The notes beneath the pieces are model-generated. The model was not told the origin of the DNA, ran no database searches, and saw only the letters and a program-made list of their open reading frames with translations. From Octopus vulgaris (lineage: Eukaryota), in the NCBI GenBank assembly GCA_951406725.2, contig OX597822.1, positions 78,306,001-78,370,000 of the forward strand: DNA of 64,000 nucleotides, given 5' to 3'. Of the stretch, positions 23,317 through 36,800 are shown piece by piece; position 1 is the first letter of the stretch; each line of letters opens with the position of its first letter. The position numbers and the translations under genes were made by a program.

Positions 23317-24607
23317 CGAGGGGCGTTCAATAAGTAATGCCTCTGACCCACTTGCAGTTGTTTGATCTAGCTGAAAATTTACATGTGCAATTATTTATAT
23401 CTCTATAGATTAAGTGGCAAATTACAGCTCTGAACTAATTGTGGTTTCTGATTTACAGGTGTTTGAACCGAGTCAAGTGTGAAATGGAGCCTGTTGAGTG
23501 TCGAGCAGTGATCTGGTTTTTGTATTTGAAAGGACGCACACCACGGGAGACTTTTGATGAAATGAAAGTAACTTATGGTGATGATGCCCCATCATATGAC
23601 CTTGTAAAACGCTGGCATCATGAATTCAAACATGGTTGGAACTCTGTGGAAACAGCTCCCAGATCTGGTCACCCCCCTTCTGCCATTGATGAGGCATCTG
23701 TCCGTCAAGTTGAGGCTGCCATTTTGGAAGATCGACGCATAACTATTCGCCAAATAGCCCATGAGGTCAAGTTTAGTACCGGGTCTGTGGAAACTATCAT
23801 TCATGACCATTTGCATATGCAAAAGGTGTCTGCCAGATGGATTCCCAGGTTGCTCACACCTTTCCAGAAGCAAGAACGCGTCGAGTGCTCGAGGATGAAT
23901 TTGGAGATGTGCCAAGAAGATGAGTCAAAATTTTTCAAAAGACTGATTACACAGGATGAAACCTGGGTCCATCACTATGATCCAGAGACCAAAGCCCAGT
24001 CAATGCAGTGGAAGCACCGTGACTCACCTCCTCCAAAGAAGGCAAGGGTGCAACCCTCCGCTGGCAAGGTCATGCTCACAGTCTTCTGGGACCAGACGGA
24101 GTAGTGATGACAGATTTCCTGGCAAAGGGTTCCACAATTACAGGAGCCTATTATGCTTCACTTTTGAGGAAATTAAGAGAAGCTATCAAAATCAAGAGGC
24201 GGGGCAAGATCAGCAAAGGCATCCTCCTCCTGCAGGACAACGCTTCGGTCTACAACTCGCGTGTCGCCAGATCAGAAGCACAGGCGTGCAGCTATTAACT
24301 CCTCCCCCATCCCCCTACTCTTCTGACCTTGCACCCTCTGATTTTCACCTCTTCCCAGCCATGAAGTTGTTTTTGAAAGGAAAGTGTTTACCAGATGATG
24401 CAGCCTTGATTTCTGAAGTCACGTCGTGGTTGGAGGACCAAGCTGGGGTCTTTTACAAAAACGGTCTCCAGAGTTGCATCAAACGATGGGAGAAATGTGT
24501 AACTCTGAGTGGTTCCTATGTAGAAAAAGACTAATAACTGTGCCAAGTTTCGTTGCTCTACTGCTATGGGAAGTGGGTCAGGGGCATTACTTATTGAACG
24601 CCCCTCG
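23317..24607 (+). mobile_element. Full-length mariner (D,D34D) element with TA TSD
   Basis: 37-bp TIRs cgaggggcgttcaataagtaatgcc.ctgacccactt (1 mismatch), flanked by TA within a TATG tract; length 1291 bp. Confidence 0.97.
23484..24534 (+). pseudogene. Mariner transposase pseudogene
   Basis: Motifs WIPRLL, TQDETW, LLQDNA and PYSSDLAPSDFHLF, split over three frames by frameshifts near 24095 and 24305 plus a premature TAA near 24296. Confidence 0.95.
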
Positions 24608-24639
24608 TATGTATGTATGTATGTATGTATGTATGTATG

Positions 24640-24671
<32 letters not shown>

Positions 24672-24879
24672 CCGGGTAACCGGTCTTATGAGTCCTAGGA
24701 TTCAACATAGTAATGTCCGGCCGTTGCTGCTGCTGATGATGATGACTGTGTGACACCCTTATCCAATCCCCTTAATATTTTCAAATACGATAGATAAGGA
24801 AATATTTCGGCTGCTATTTCTAGGTCGTCAAGTGATCACATAGCTGTCTCTTTATTGGATCCATATGTAAAAAAAAAAA

Positions 24880-25212
24880 AGGTGGTGGGGGTGAAAATCC
24901 ATGGGATTGCACCTAGAAAGTTCTCCCTCCGAGGAACGAGTCCAGGGAAGTTTGTTCGTGGCAGCCCAGCAGTCGTCCATGCATACCAGCTTCTCCTTTC
25001 TACTCCACCGATGTTATCCAAAAGAAAGGCTAAGGGGACGATACAGCTTGGCGCCCGTGACGTTGCAACTCATTTCTACAGCTTAGTGGACTTGAGCAAC
25101 GTGAAATAAAGTGTCCTGCTCAAGAACACAACACACAGCCCGGTCGTGGGAAACGATCTCACAACTTCATGATTTTGAGCCCGACCGCTTTAACCACTGA
25201 GCCATGCAGCTC
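24880..25212 (-). mobile_element. tRNA/CORE-like SINE with a distinct tail
   Basis: Minus-strand tggctcagtggttaaagcg head and gtgttcttgagcaggacactt body. Confidence 0.65.
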
Positions 25213-25502
25213 CAGCAGATGCATATGTACTGGTACTATAAGTAGATATAACTCAATTGTATGGCTAATTGTAACTTCCGAGGATTTCTGAGTCCTTATA
25301 GATGTTGTCGTTCTCATTGTTGTTGATGTTAAAATAATAACCAAATAGGCGAACAAAATTCCTTTCCCAACCTTTGATAGGAAATAGTTTCACAGAGTGT
25401 CATGTGCTTAAAATAATTAAATCTGGGATGAACACTGAAATAGAGACAAGCACCTAGTGAGCTGCATCCGCATAGCACCGGTGGCTGGTTTATATATAAA
25501 TG

Positions 25503-25556
<54 letters not shown>

Positions 25557-25763
25557 AATGTACATCAGTGTGTATACACACTAATACATATTCAAACACA
25601 CACGCACACACACACACATACACCGTCGTCGTCGTCATCATTATTATTATTATTATTATTATTATTGAATACATATACTAACGTACATGCTTTGTTTATT
25701 TTCTGGTGGCTGCAATGGTGTAGCAGAGTATATAACTCTCATGTTGCCGGTGCTAAAACACCT

Positions 25764-25845
<82 letters not shown>

Positions 25846-25947
25846 TGTGTCTGTGTGTGTGTGTAATTAATGAAGGATAAAACGATTTAATGATTTTATT
25901 GGACAGCATGTTAAAACCATTTAGGTAACTATTTATACACATATATA

Positions 25948-26090
25948 ATTATATAGATATAATTATAGCAAAGGGTGTGGATAAACCACACGAACATGGT
26001 AGAAATAGATGCTAATAGGTCTATAAACCACATATTATTTTTACTCCGTTAGCACATCCACACCTTTTGCTATAATCATATCTATATAAT
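25948..26090. repeat. Foldback with ~35-bp arms
   Basis: attatatagatataattatagcaaagggtgtggat / atccacaccttttgctataatcatatctatataat. Confidence 0.85.
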
Positions 26091-26104
26091 GATACATCAG
26101 TGTA

Positions 26105-26190
<86 letters not shown>

Positions 26191-26218
26191 TGTATGTATG
26201 TATGTATGTATGTATATG

Positions 26219-26250
<32 letters not shown>

Positions 26251-26264
26251 TGTATGTATGTATG

Positions 26265-26305
<41 letters not shown>

Positions 26306-26319
26306 TAATAAATAAAACA

Positions 26320-26600
26320 TATGCATATATACATACATATATGTACATACCTACCTCAACATGTATATATACACGCATATATGGGTACAGGACACCAAAA
26401 AAAAACGTCGAACACAATGAGAAACGAAAACATAAACACAAAACCAAGGAACTGGACATTTTTCTTAAACAACAACAAAAATAGAGTACAGGACAAATAA
26501 TACAAGGAAAATTCCCCTTCTTCAGTCGCCATGGTTTCATCTACTCTGCGTTTCGAAGGTGAAGGCGATACGCATCTTCAATAGAAACTTTCCTTCCCGC
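26320..26600 (-). mobile_element. Interspersed element carrying a rearranged hammerhead motif (copy 2)
   Basis: Homologous to 1315-1575. Confidence 0.7.
26514..26574 (-). ncRNA. Putative non-circularly permuted hammerhead ribozyme (copy 2)
   Basis: Minus strand reads UGCG-UA^-UCGCC-UUCACCUUC-GAAA-CGCA-(16 nt)-GGCGA-CUGAAGA-AGGGG. Stems I and III are perfect. Confidence 0.7.
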
Positions 26601-27375
26601 GAAAAGCAAATTAAATAAAATTTGAGATCTTTTTGCGGAGGGGTAAAAATGGTAACAAAAACAGGACAGTAACGACAGTACAAAATATAAACAGTAAAAG
26701 ACAGGACAAGGAGAATAACAAGACAAGAAGGGCTGTTAAGCCGAACGAGAAAAAGTATTACGAACGCTATTTTTGAGAACGGCGAAGGAGCAACAGAAAA
26801 TACCGTCCACACTTCAATGAGAGAAATATAGTATGATGGAATTTTATTCAGCCATTTGAAATTCTTATATAACAACAAATTGTTTCGCAACTTAAAAGAT
26901 AATTTATTTTGTTATATTTTATAAGTAACTTGCTTACATGTCTACATTGATATACACAATCTTTAGATTAATGCAAACATTAAGCTTTCCTCATCAGGCT
27001 AGAAGGAGTCTATGTTAAAAAAAATAATCCCTCGACATAACGCTTCAAGAACGCAGTGTTAATACTTAAAAAAGAACCTTGAAAAATATGGAAGACGATA
27101 ATAATAAAATTAATTGAAATTAATAAGACAGTTTTCTAAAGAAGGGAAGGGAAATTTAGTAAGATAATAAAAAAGTAACTTTCAGATAATTTTGACATTT
27201 TTTAAACAGGGATTCGTTTCTAACCCATGGATGTTTTCTAACTTACGCTCCGAAATTTTTATAGAGGTTTCAGTCAGCGTAATAAAGACTAGCTATAAGA
27301 AGAATTCATCATTCTCTCTCTCTTTCTCTCTCTGTAATTAATATAATAAGGACGGAGAATTGTACACCCACAAAG

Positions 27376-27409
<34 letters not shown>

Positions 27410-27574
27410 GTCATACATGATATATTCTCTTTAAAAGATTGTACGACACGTGTTTCTCCTACATAGATATCTTAGGATGTGATATCCTAAATTAGCCAGA
27501 ATCTGGATTATTGTAGAGTACTTGTAAGGATTTCATATCATTTGTCTGGATTTTATATCCTTATGCACTCATAC

Positions 27575-27681
<107 letters not shown>

Positions 27682-27733
27682 GCGCTAATCTACAAGGTTT
27701 TTCTTATTCTCTCTCTGTTTATTTTCTCTAATT

Positions 27734-27770
27734 CCTTTCTGTTGAAGAGCATAGGCTCGAAACAAAATAC
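27734..27770 (+). ncRNA. Decayed hammerhead of the CUGUUGA family
   Basis: CUUU-CUGUUGA-A-GAGC-AUAG-GCUC-GAAAC; cleavage triplet lost; lies in a repeat homologous to 47250-47490. Confidence 0.5.
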
Positions 27771-27880
27771 TTTTTTCCTTTTTCCCGAGCATCAAACTAA
27801 TACATCTGTTTGTTGTTCATACACTTGTCTTCTTTTGTTTTACTATAAATTCCAACTATGTAGACAAACAGACAGACAGG

Positions 27881-27920
<40 letters not shown>

Positions 27921-27933
27921 TAGACAGACAGAC

Positions 27934-28013
<80 letters not shown>

Positions 28014-28106
28014 TAAAGCATCAAAGTGTATCATCCTTAGTTGTTATATTTTACTGTTCTATCTACCTACCAATCTATTTATCGTTCAGCTAAGAGTATA
28101 ACCCAG

Positions 28107-28410
28107 TGAAGGCGCGTGTCCTATGGGCAAAGGTAATTCACTCTCGATCTCGCGATCGCTGTTTCGATTCCCAGACCGGGCGGCACGTTGTGTTCTTGAT
28201 TAAAACACTTCATTTTACGTTGATCCAGTTCATTCAGCTTTAAATGAATAAACCCACGGTGGACTGCCATTCTGTTCAGGAGGAATGTTTGTCTGCCCGC
28301 CTAGCGACCAGGGATGGCATCATTCGAAAGCTACGACGATGCGAGGAAGCGCATTGTGACGAGCAGTGTATAACCACATCCGCTAATCTGGCCGATACAG
28401 TGATACAATG
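28107..28410 (+). mobile_element. tRNA/CORE-like SINE with a third tail type (tail also at 63103-63185, minus)
   Basis: gtttcgattcccagaccggg B box; tail gcgcattgtgac.agc..tgt...acatc shared with 63103-63185. Confidence 0.7.
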
Positions 28411-29317
28411 ATAAGTATAATCCAGCTGTGTAAAAGAAAAATAACCAGTTTTAGTTCCACTCTGATGATGACATTTTGGAAAGATTTTATTTTTATCATC
28501 AGTTGAACAATTCCAAGGTCATTTGCCATTTAATTCATCAAAGACTATCACATTTCCTGATCAACGCCTACATCAATCCACCCACCTGACGACAAGGCCA
28601 TCAACCGATCAACAAGACAACCAACCAACCAGCCAACAACCTCGTTGCCGTAGTATTTCGTTTCAGACTTCAATTTTAGATTATTTATTTTTAGATAACT
28701 ATCAAGGGGGCGGAGGGTTAGAAAACTCGTTCAGGGCGTCAAACAAAATGTCATGCGGTATTTGTCGCAGATCTTTATCTTTGCAGTTCAAATCTCTCCG
28801 ATGTCACGTTTACCTTTCAATTTCCTGAGATCGCTAAAATAAATTCTCATATTGTATAAGTGTCTTCTACTATAGCCTCGGACCGACAAATGACTTGCGA
28901 CAGAAATTGGCACACGAAAACTGTGTAGAAGCCCATTGTATGTATATAGAGATAGAGAGAGATAGGTAGGTAGATGGGTATGTATATATATATATATATA
29001 TCTATTTATCTATCTATCTGTCTATATATATATATATATATATAAATCGGCCATCGTAATCATTTATAACCGTTATGTTACGGGGACATAAATAAACTAA
29101 TACAGGTTGTCAAACGGTGATGGACAATAAACACAAATACAAGGACACACACAAGTATACACATATACATGCATACATGCATGATAGACAGACAGAGACT
29201 GACAGACAGATAGAGAAACAGATGGACGGACAGTCGGACAAATACACAGGTGGACAGACAGACAGATAGGCAGGCAGGCAGGCAGGCAGGCAAGCAGACA
29301 GACAGACAGGCAGGCAG

Positions 29318-29402
<85 letters not shown>

Positions 29403-29908
29403 CGATGAGTGTCTTCACAGTTTCCATCCATCAGAATCCTTCGCAAGGCCCACGGTCAGCCCGGGGTGTCAGTAGAAGATTCTTGTCGAAGGTGTCACGG
29501 AGTGGGACTGAAGCGGAAATCATGTGGTTGTAAAGAGAGCTCCTTAACCACACAAGCATGCCTGTGCAGAAGCACCGATCTGGAAGTCTTTCCTTTTGAG
29601 GTGGCGAGCTGGTAGTATCGTTAGCACGCCGGGCAAAATGCTTAGCGGCATTTTGTCCGTCTTTACGTCATGAGTTCAAATTTCGCCGAGGTCGACTTTG
29701 CCTTCTACCCTTTCGGTGTCGATGAAAGTAAGCACTAGTCACACACTGGGGCAGATGAAATCAACTAACTCCCTTCCCTAAAGTTTCAGGCCTTGTGCCT
29801 ATAGCAGAAAGAACTTACCTTACCAAATGCCTTAATAATAAAGTTTCTAATAGAGACACGAAGGAACTACTATCGATTAAATCGAATCCAATATTTGACT
29901 GGTACTTG

Positions 29909-30318
29909 AAGGCGGTGAGCTGGCCGAAACGTTAGCGCGCTGGGCGAAATGCTTAGTGGTATTTCGTCTGCCGCTCCGTTCTGAGTTCAAATTCCGCCGA
30001 GGTCGACTTTGCCTTTCTTCCTTTCGGGGTCTATTAAATAAGTACCAGTTACACACTTAATCCGTTTGTCTGTCCTTTTGTCACCTCTTTGTGTAGCCCC
30101 TTGTGGGCAGTAAAGAAATAAGAAACGTTTGCACGCTGGGCGCAACGCTTAGCGGTATTTCGTCTGTCTTTACGTTCTGAGTTCAAATTCCGCCGTGGTC
30201 GACTTTGCCTTTCATCCTTTCGGGTTCGATAAATTAAGTACCAGTTTCGTATTTGGGTCGATCTAATCGACTGGCACACTCCCCCAAAATTTCGGGCCTT
30301 GTGCCTAGAGTAGAAAAG
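29909..30318 (+). mobile_element. Dimeric SINE B with 19-bp TSD; a monomer lies at 29600-29812
   Basis: TSD aatatttgactggtacttg at 29890-29908 and 30319-30337. Confidence 0.9.
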
Positions 30319-30442
30319 AATATTTGACTGGTACTTGTATTTCATCGATTCCTGGCGGAAGTTGAATGCAGAAAGGAAAAGCGATGGAACTGAACGCAGC
30401 AAAGCATTTTTGTTCCACACTCCACGTTTTCAATCTCCAGAC

Positions 30443-30498
30443 AGTAGTAGTAGTAGTAGTAGTGGTGGTGGTGCTGGTGCTGGTGCTGGTGCTTGTGC

Positions 30499-30542
<44 letters not shown>

Positions 30543-30627
30543 CTGGTGGTGCTGGTGGTGGTGCTGGTGGTGGTGCTGGTGGTGGTGGTGGTGATGCTGG
30601 TGGTAGTAGTAGTAGTAGCAGTAGTAG

Positions 30628-30658
<31 letters not shown>

Positions 30659-30789
30659 GCTGGTGGTAGTAGTAGTAGTAGTGGTGGTGGTGCTGGTGGT
30701 GCTGGTGGTGCTGGTGGTGGTGGTGGTGGTGATGCTGGTGGTAGTAGTAGTAGTAGCAGTAGTAGTAGTGGTAGTGGTGGTGGTGGTAC

Positions 30790-30844
<55 letters not shown>

Positions 30845-30854
30845 TGTTGTAGTT

Positions 30855-30889
<35 letters not shown>

Positions 30890-30931
30890 GGTGGTGGTGG
30901 TGGCAGATGTAATTGTTGTTGTTGTTGTTGC
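30443..30931. repeat. Compound (GTA)/(GGT)/(GCT)/(GTT) trinucleotide array
   Basis: Direct reading. Confidence 0.95.
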
Positions 30932-31420
30932 TTTAATGGAATTAACAGAAATGTCATGCCAATAAATGCCAATTGTCTGCCATTAAGAAAATTCCTTCCC
31001 ATTTAATAGAGATTTGGTGACATTCATCATTGACTCTCAGCCCACCAATTCTCACCCTTCTCCCTGTAAACTCTTCAACAGCATCGTTACCACCACTATC
31101 AACATGGGTGCTTCAATGTGGTCGCTCTATCTGCTAGAAATAACAGTCAAATTTCCTGCAAATCACACCCTATCTTTTTTTTAAATAATGTGGTTGGTAG
31201 GGGGTACGCTGGATTATGTGGTCCTGGGTTCTCCGTACATGAAAAGGGAGACGAGATAGTCATGGCTGGAAAGTCTTTGATGAGAGGTCATCTCAATCAA
31301 AACAGACCTAGAGTGAAACAACCAAAAAACGGCCACTGACTGGTAACGGACGTTCAGCTACGAGATTTGAATTGCGGTAGATATAGGATACCATTACAAG
31401 ATGTGGTGGCTTACATATCG

Positions 31421-31794
31421 TGACGTTTCGTCGGTTACGACGACGAGGGTTCCAGTTGATTCGATCAACGGAACAGCTTGCTCGTGAAATTAACGCGCAA
31501 GTGGCTGAGCACTCCACAGACACGTGTACCCTTAACGTAGTTCTCGGGGAGATTCAGCGTGACACAGAGTGTGACAAGGCTGGCCCTTTGAAATACAGGT
31601 ACAACAGAAACAGGAAGAGTGAGAGAAAATTGTGAAAGAGTATAGCAGGGTTCACCACTAGCCCCTGCTGGAGCCCCGCGGAACCTTTATGTGTTTTCGC
31701 TCGATAAAAACTCACAACACCCGGTCTGGGAATCGGAACCGTGATCCTTTGACCGCGAGCCCGTAGCCCTAACCACTGGGCCATTGCACCTCCA
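31421..31794 (-). mobile_element. SINE family C
   Basis: Full-length match to 3182-3549 and 60742-61098. Confidence 0.9.
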
Positions 31795-31796
31795 CG

Positions 31797-32330
<534 letters not shown>

Positions 32331-32861
32331 AAGCAAAGATCCTTGAGCAATGATGCCAATTCAAAACAACCAACGGGTAACATATGACACCACATATAGC
32401 CGTTGATCATCATCATCATCATCATCGATTTTTGTCATCGTCGTCGTCATCATCATCATCATCAATAACGACGACAACAAATCATAACATGGTGTTGACA
32501 GTAACTATTTTGCCCCCCCTCCCCCCAAAAATGTAACAAAAACGCGAGTCAGTGAGGAACATCGATGTAGTCTTTCGATTTGCTAGAAATAACAGCGAAA
32601 CACCACACCCTCCCAACTGTCTTTACAAAAAAATGTGGAAGGCTACATTGTACAATGAAATTCTACTTAAGCAATTTATGAAAATAAGGCGGAATTGTCG
32701 TAGGTGGAACGTCGCCACTGACTGTAGGTCTGCTCTGATAAGATTAATATCGGAGCTAACCGACTACTACTACTACTACTACTACCGCCACCACCATCAT
32801 TACTACTACTACTACTACTACTGCCACCACCACCATTACTACTACTACTACTACCGCCACC

Positions 32862-32907
<46 letters not shown>

Positions 32908-33311
32908 GTTCTGTTATATGATTTCAGATCAAAATTCGTTAAGCATACAAATATAATATAAATAAATAAATATTTATACTTTCTCATACCCACTTAATAT
33001 AATTAAACTAATTAACCAGGGTGTGATATATTTTCCATGGGATACATTTTCCATGCTCCTTATTCACTCGCTATCAATTTCATATTTCCCCACTCTATTT
33101 ATAAAACATATACGAAGTGGCATTTAATTTGAACAACTGACATTTAAAACAGTAATCTATATATCATACTTAATATATACACAGCGTGGATAGACCAGCT
33201 CCAACGGTATTCATTCTGAGTTAACATTTCCTATGGATGTTCTATGTTAAAAACGCAATGAATATCGGAAGGAGACAAAAATAATCGTCACAGTAGCATC
33301 CAGTGAGGGTA

Positions 33312-33764
33312 CCAGATACATCTCAGCCTTTTAGGACCTTTTAATGACGTGTACCGGCAGCCAGATGTATCTCAGCCTTTTAGGGTCCTTTTAATGACGT
33401 GTACTGGCAACCAGATACATCTCAGCCTTTTAGGGTCCTTTTAATGACGTGTACCGGCAACCAGATGTATCTCAGCCTTTTAAGGCCCTTTTAATGACGT
33501 GTACCGGCAACCAGAATTATCTCAGCAATTTAGAGTCCTTTTAATGACATGTACCGGCAACCAGATACATCTCAGCCTTTTAGGACCCTTTTAATGACGT
33601 GTACCGGCAGCCAGATGTATCTCAGCAATTTAAGGTCCTTTTAATGGCGTGTACCGGCAACCAGATACATCTCAGCCTTTTAGGGCCCTTTTAATGACGT
33701 GTACCGGCAACCAGATACATCTCAGCCTTTTAGGACCCTTTTAATGACGTGTACTGGCAGCCAG
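33312..33764. repeat. 50-bp minisatellite, 9 copies
   Basis: Unit ccagatacatctcagccttttagggcccttttaatgacgtgtaccggcaa starts at 33312, 33361, 33411 ... 33711. Confidence 0.97.
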
Positions 33765-34795
33765 CCACATACTTAGGCGAAAACTCATCACCTTTGATGT
33801 AGGTAAAAGAGAATAAAACATTCACTAATACTGCGAATAGTTGTCCGGTTGAATAAAAATCCAGTATATGCAATTGAAGCAGTATAAAATTAACATGGTC
33901 GTCTACGTACTGTGTTTAACGTAAAAACATCGTTGATAGGCCAGTTATTTGTTGTTATAGAAGTAGCTGTTGCTGTTTTAATACCATGATCAGCTCTGAT
34001 CAAGCAGACCTATATTCGAGGAGATGGTCAGTCGTGACCATCCCATTGTTTTGTATATCTTGGATAACATTGTTTAACGTGTTCTTTCTTCTTCTTTTTT
34101 TAAGGTAGTAGATTATTTGTGGGAGATATGGCTGCTGTTGTTCTTTAACTCCAGGTCAGCTTTCATCAAGCAGATACATGATGAAAAGTGTTCTAGCCAT
34201 GACATTACTATCGGGATTTTTGGTAGGGGGGGTCTGTTTTGACAATACATATTGAACTATATTATTTTTATGTTATTCCAATTTAAAAGAAACTTTGGAA
34301 TGGAGATTTGGCTGCTATTTCGAGCATGTCGAGTAACTATGTAAAGGTTGCTTTGTTGGCAGGCGTGATCTGGTGTTGTCACAGCGAACGCCCAAGAAAT
34401 GTTCTCTAAAACGATCGGCTAGTCACCAACTAGTTTCACCGATATACAAAAAGCTGCTGCCATTTTGTGTAAATCATTATTCTCTCACCCTACCGTGCAT
34501 AGAGAAGAAGGTAAAGTCAGAGGTTATAATATAAGAAAATAAAATTAGAAAACGTTAGCTGACAGCACTATTCAAAGAGAACAACATTGAAAATATACTG
34601 AAAGAGTAACCATGGAAAATTCACTAATAGAAAAACACAATGAAATACCAATGCACAGGTACAGGACATGTAATATAAGCCATGGAATCTACCAGAAATT
34701 AACCAGTGAATACTTTTTAAGGAGGCGTTGATGATTTTATCAGTTATAGCAATATTTCCATGTTCCTTTTCAACTTCCGCTCATATTACTGTCAT

Positions 34796-34841
34796 TTCAT
34801 TCTGATGATGATACTGATAAAATCTCGAAAGCATTAATGAA
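34796..34841 (+). ncRNA. Minimal type I hammerhead-like motif
   Basis: UUCAUU-CUGAUGA-UGAU..AUCUC-GAAA-GCA-UU^-AAUGAA; 6-bp stem I, weak stem II. Confidence 0.5.
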
Positions 34842-35936
34842 TTAATGAATTAATGAATTTAGCTACGTTATTTTTTCATACTAAACATAAAGAAGTGACA
34901 AAGAAATATGAAAAACCCTTAATAAGGAAGATAACAGGGTTTTTAATGTAATAAATTTGAAAAAAATATAGCTGTTTCTTATGGTATGTGAGAATGCAGG
35001 TATGCACGGAGTGTAGTAACTGATTTTAATAAGAAAAAAATAAACGAGTATATTTCAAAAGTTGTTTTAAAAGGCAGCAAGTCTAGTCTTAAAAGGGCGA
35101 CAACCCCGGCTTTACAGAGGTAGAAAGACCTAACAAAACTATAGTACATCAATATAAGGTTTGGGCTCTCATGCAATGCAAGAATTTCATGTAAAGAGCA
35201 GCAATTAAATCAATGTTAAGTAGTCTAATGAGATACATGTAATCTTGCACGAGATGTATTTGTGTTCCATGTACACACATTTCAATGGATCATCAGGTGT
35301 CAAGTGCCAACACTGAATAAAACTGTATTCGCATAATTCTTTGCACCCTTGCGATTATTACGAGACGGCAATGCTGAGCTTAGAAGAGCGTAAATCAAGC
35401 CTTTGATCTCTTGGAGGCTGTGTCAACACCCAACTGGCTGAAAATTACTTCAACGTACATTTTTCAACATAAACACGTATTTATATTATCATCTTCAGCA
35501 TCGTATCCGGCTTACTGGAACTGCAGTTGTCCGCTTACAACAAGGAAGACCTCGTGCCACCCAGATCGAGTAAGGCCATCATATTGTGAGGCGACATATG
35601 CAAGAGACGTTACTGACAGCTATGAAAACAGATCAACAGCTGTCTGGATGATGCCAACGACGTATTGGCGACGATCTCTACGAACGACAGTCTTAAGAGA
35701 GCAACATCAGCATGCTAGACTACAGAGAACATAAAATAAACAGAAATGGACAGCAGTTGGGATTATGTTTTACATATTAGTACAAAAATCTTTAAAGGAT
35801 CAAAAGAACTGTGTAACCTAAATTATGCTCTTTTTTTCTTTCCAGTAAATTTCAATCTAAGGACAAGAATGCGACGTCACAATTGTAAACAAGAGTGTAG
35901 AGACCCACGGTTTTTACTTATTGTATTTGATCACCG

Positions 35937-36245
35937 TGGAGGCACATGGCCTAGCGTTTAGAGCAACGGACTCGCGGTCGAGGGATTGCGAGTTCGAATC
36001 TCAGACCGGGCGATGTGTGTGCGTTTATGAGCGAAAAACCTAAGCTCTACGCAGCTCCGCCAGAAGGTAATGGCGAACTTCTGCTGACTCTTTCGCCACA
36101 ACTTTCTCTCACTCTTTCCTCCAACGTCTAGCAGCTCACCTGTAACAGATCGGCGTCCCGTCCAGGTGGGGAACCTATACGCCAATGAAACCGGGAAACC
36201 GGCCCTTATGAGCCAGGCATGGCTCGAGAAGGAACAAACAACAAC
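35937..36245 (+). mobile_element. tRNA-derived SINE with a family C-like head and a different tail (tail also at 53130-53236, minus)
   Basis: gagttcgaatctc B box; gaaaccgggaaaccggccc.tatgag tail. Confidence 0.8.
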
Positions 36246-36259
36246 ATTTCATCGCCAAA

Positions 36260-36800
36260 TTGCTTGTTGCATAATTTTAAAGCTTTTGAGTTCGTCTTTC
36301 GGTAAATAAGATTCGGTCTTGATTTGAAGCCTCCCCTCTCTTCGGTATTGTCTCTAAGTAAGAAGGTTAATCAATCCTGTGGTACTTTATGACCAAATTG
36401 AAACCTTTTACATTTTTAAAAAGAAAAAAAGGAGACAAAGTTCTTGACATTTTTTCTGAAGTAAAGTTGGCTTCGTCAACATTGACAATTTGAGGATCAT
36501 CGTAATTATTTTCATTGATCATTTTCTTTAATTAAGCAGAATATTTACCTGCAGAAACTTCATCTACATCTGTTGCTTCTTTTAATTTTACGGTTTTCAT
36601 TACTGTTCCAGTTTTGACATTTTCTAACCAATGTTTACTGACGTAAAATGTTGCAAGATTCCTTGATATTTGCTTGTCTTTCTTATCGAGAAAAAAATTG
36701 GTTAAGAGCTTAGATCATTATATAACCGGTGTTAATTGGAATTCGCTTCTAATTACAATCTTTCAACCATAGTATTAATAGATCCTCTACATCAATCAAT
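36260..36800 (-). pseudogene. Decayed pogo/Tigger transposase fragment
   Basis: Minus-strand manual translation gives WLENVK...LKKMINENNYDDPQIVNVDEA and GHKVPQD*LTFLL...FKSRPNLIYRKTNSKAL, matching Tigger QIFNVDETG and GHKxxKDRLTLLL...KPxLIY..NPRAL. Confidence 0.7.

Noticed and set aside
26930-27300. Penelope RT remnant next to the permuted hammerhead element
   Set aside because: Only faint, frameshifted resemblance to STLYT and PMG..AP motifs. It needs a profile search before it can be claimed.
30335-31006. 223-aa Gly/Ser-rich ORF resembling a structural protein
   Set aside because: It consists of trinucleotide microsatellite that is open in several frames, and it starts inside SINE sequence.
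33312-33764. CRISPR-like array
   Set aside because: Units are contiguous with no unique spacers, there are no cas genes, and the context is eukaryotic.
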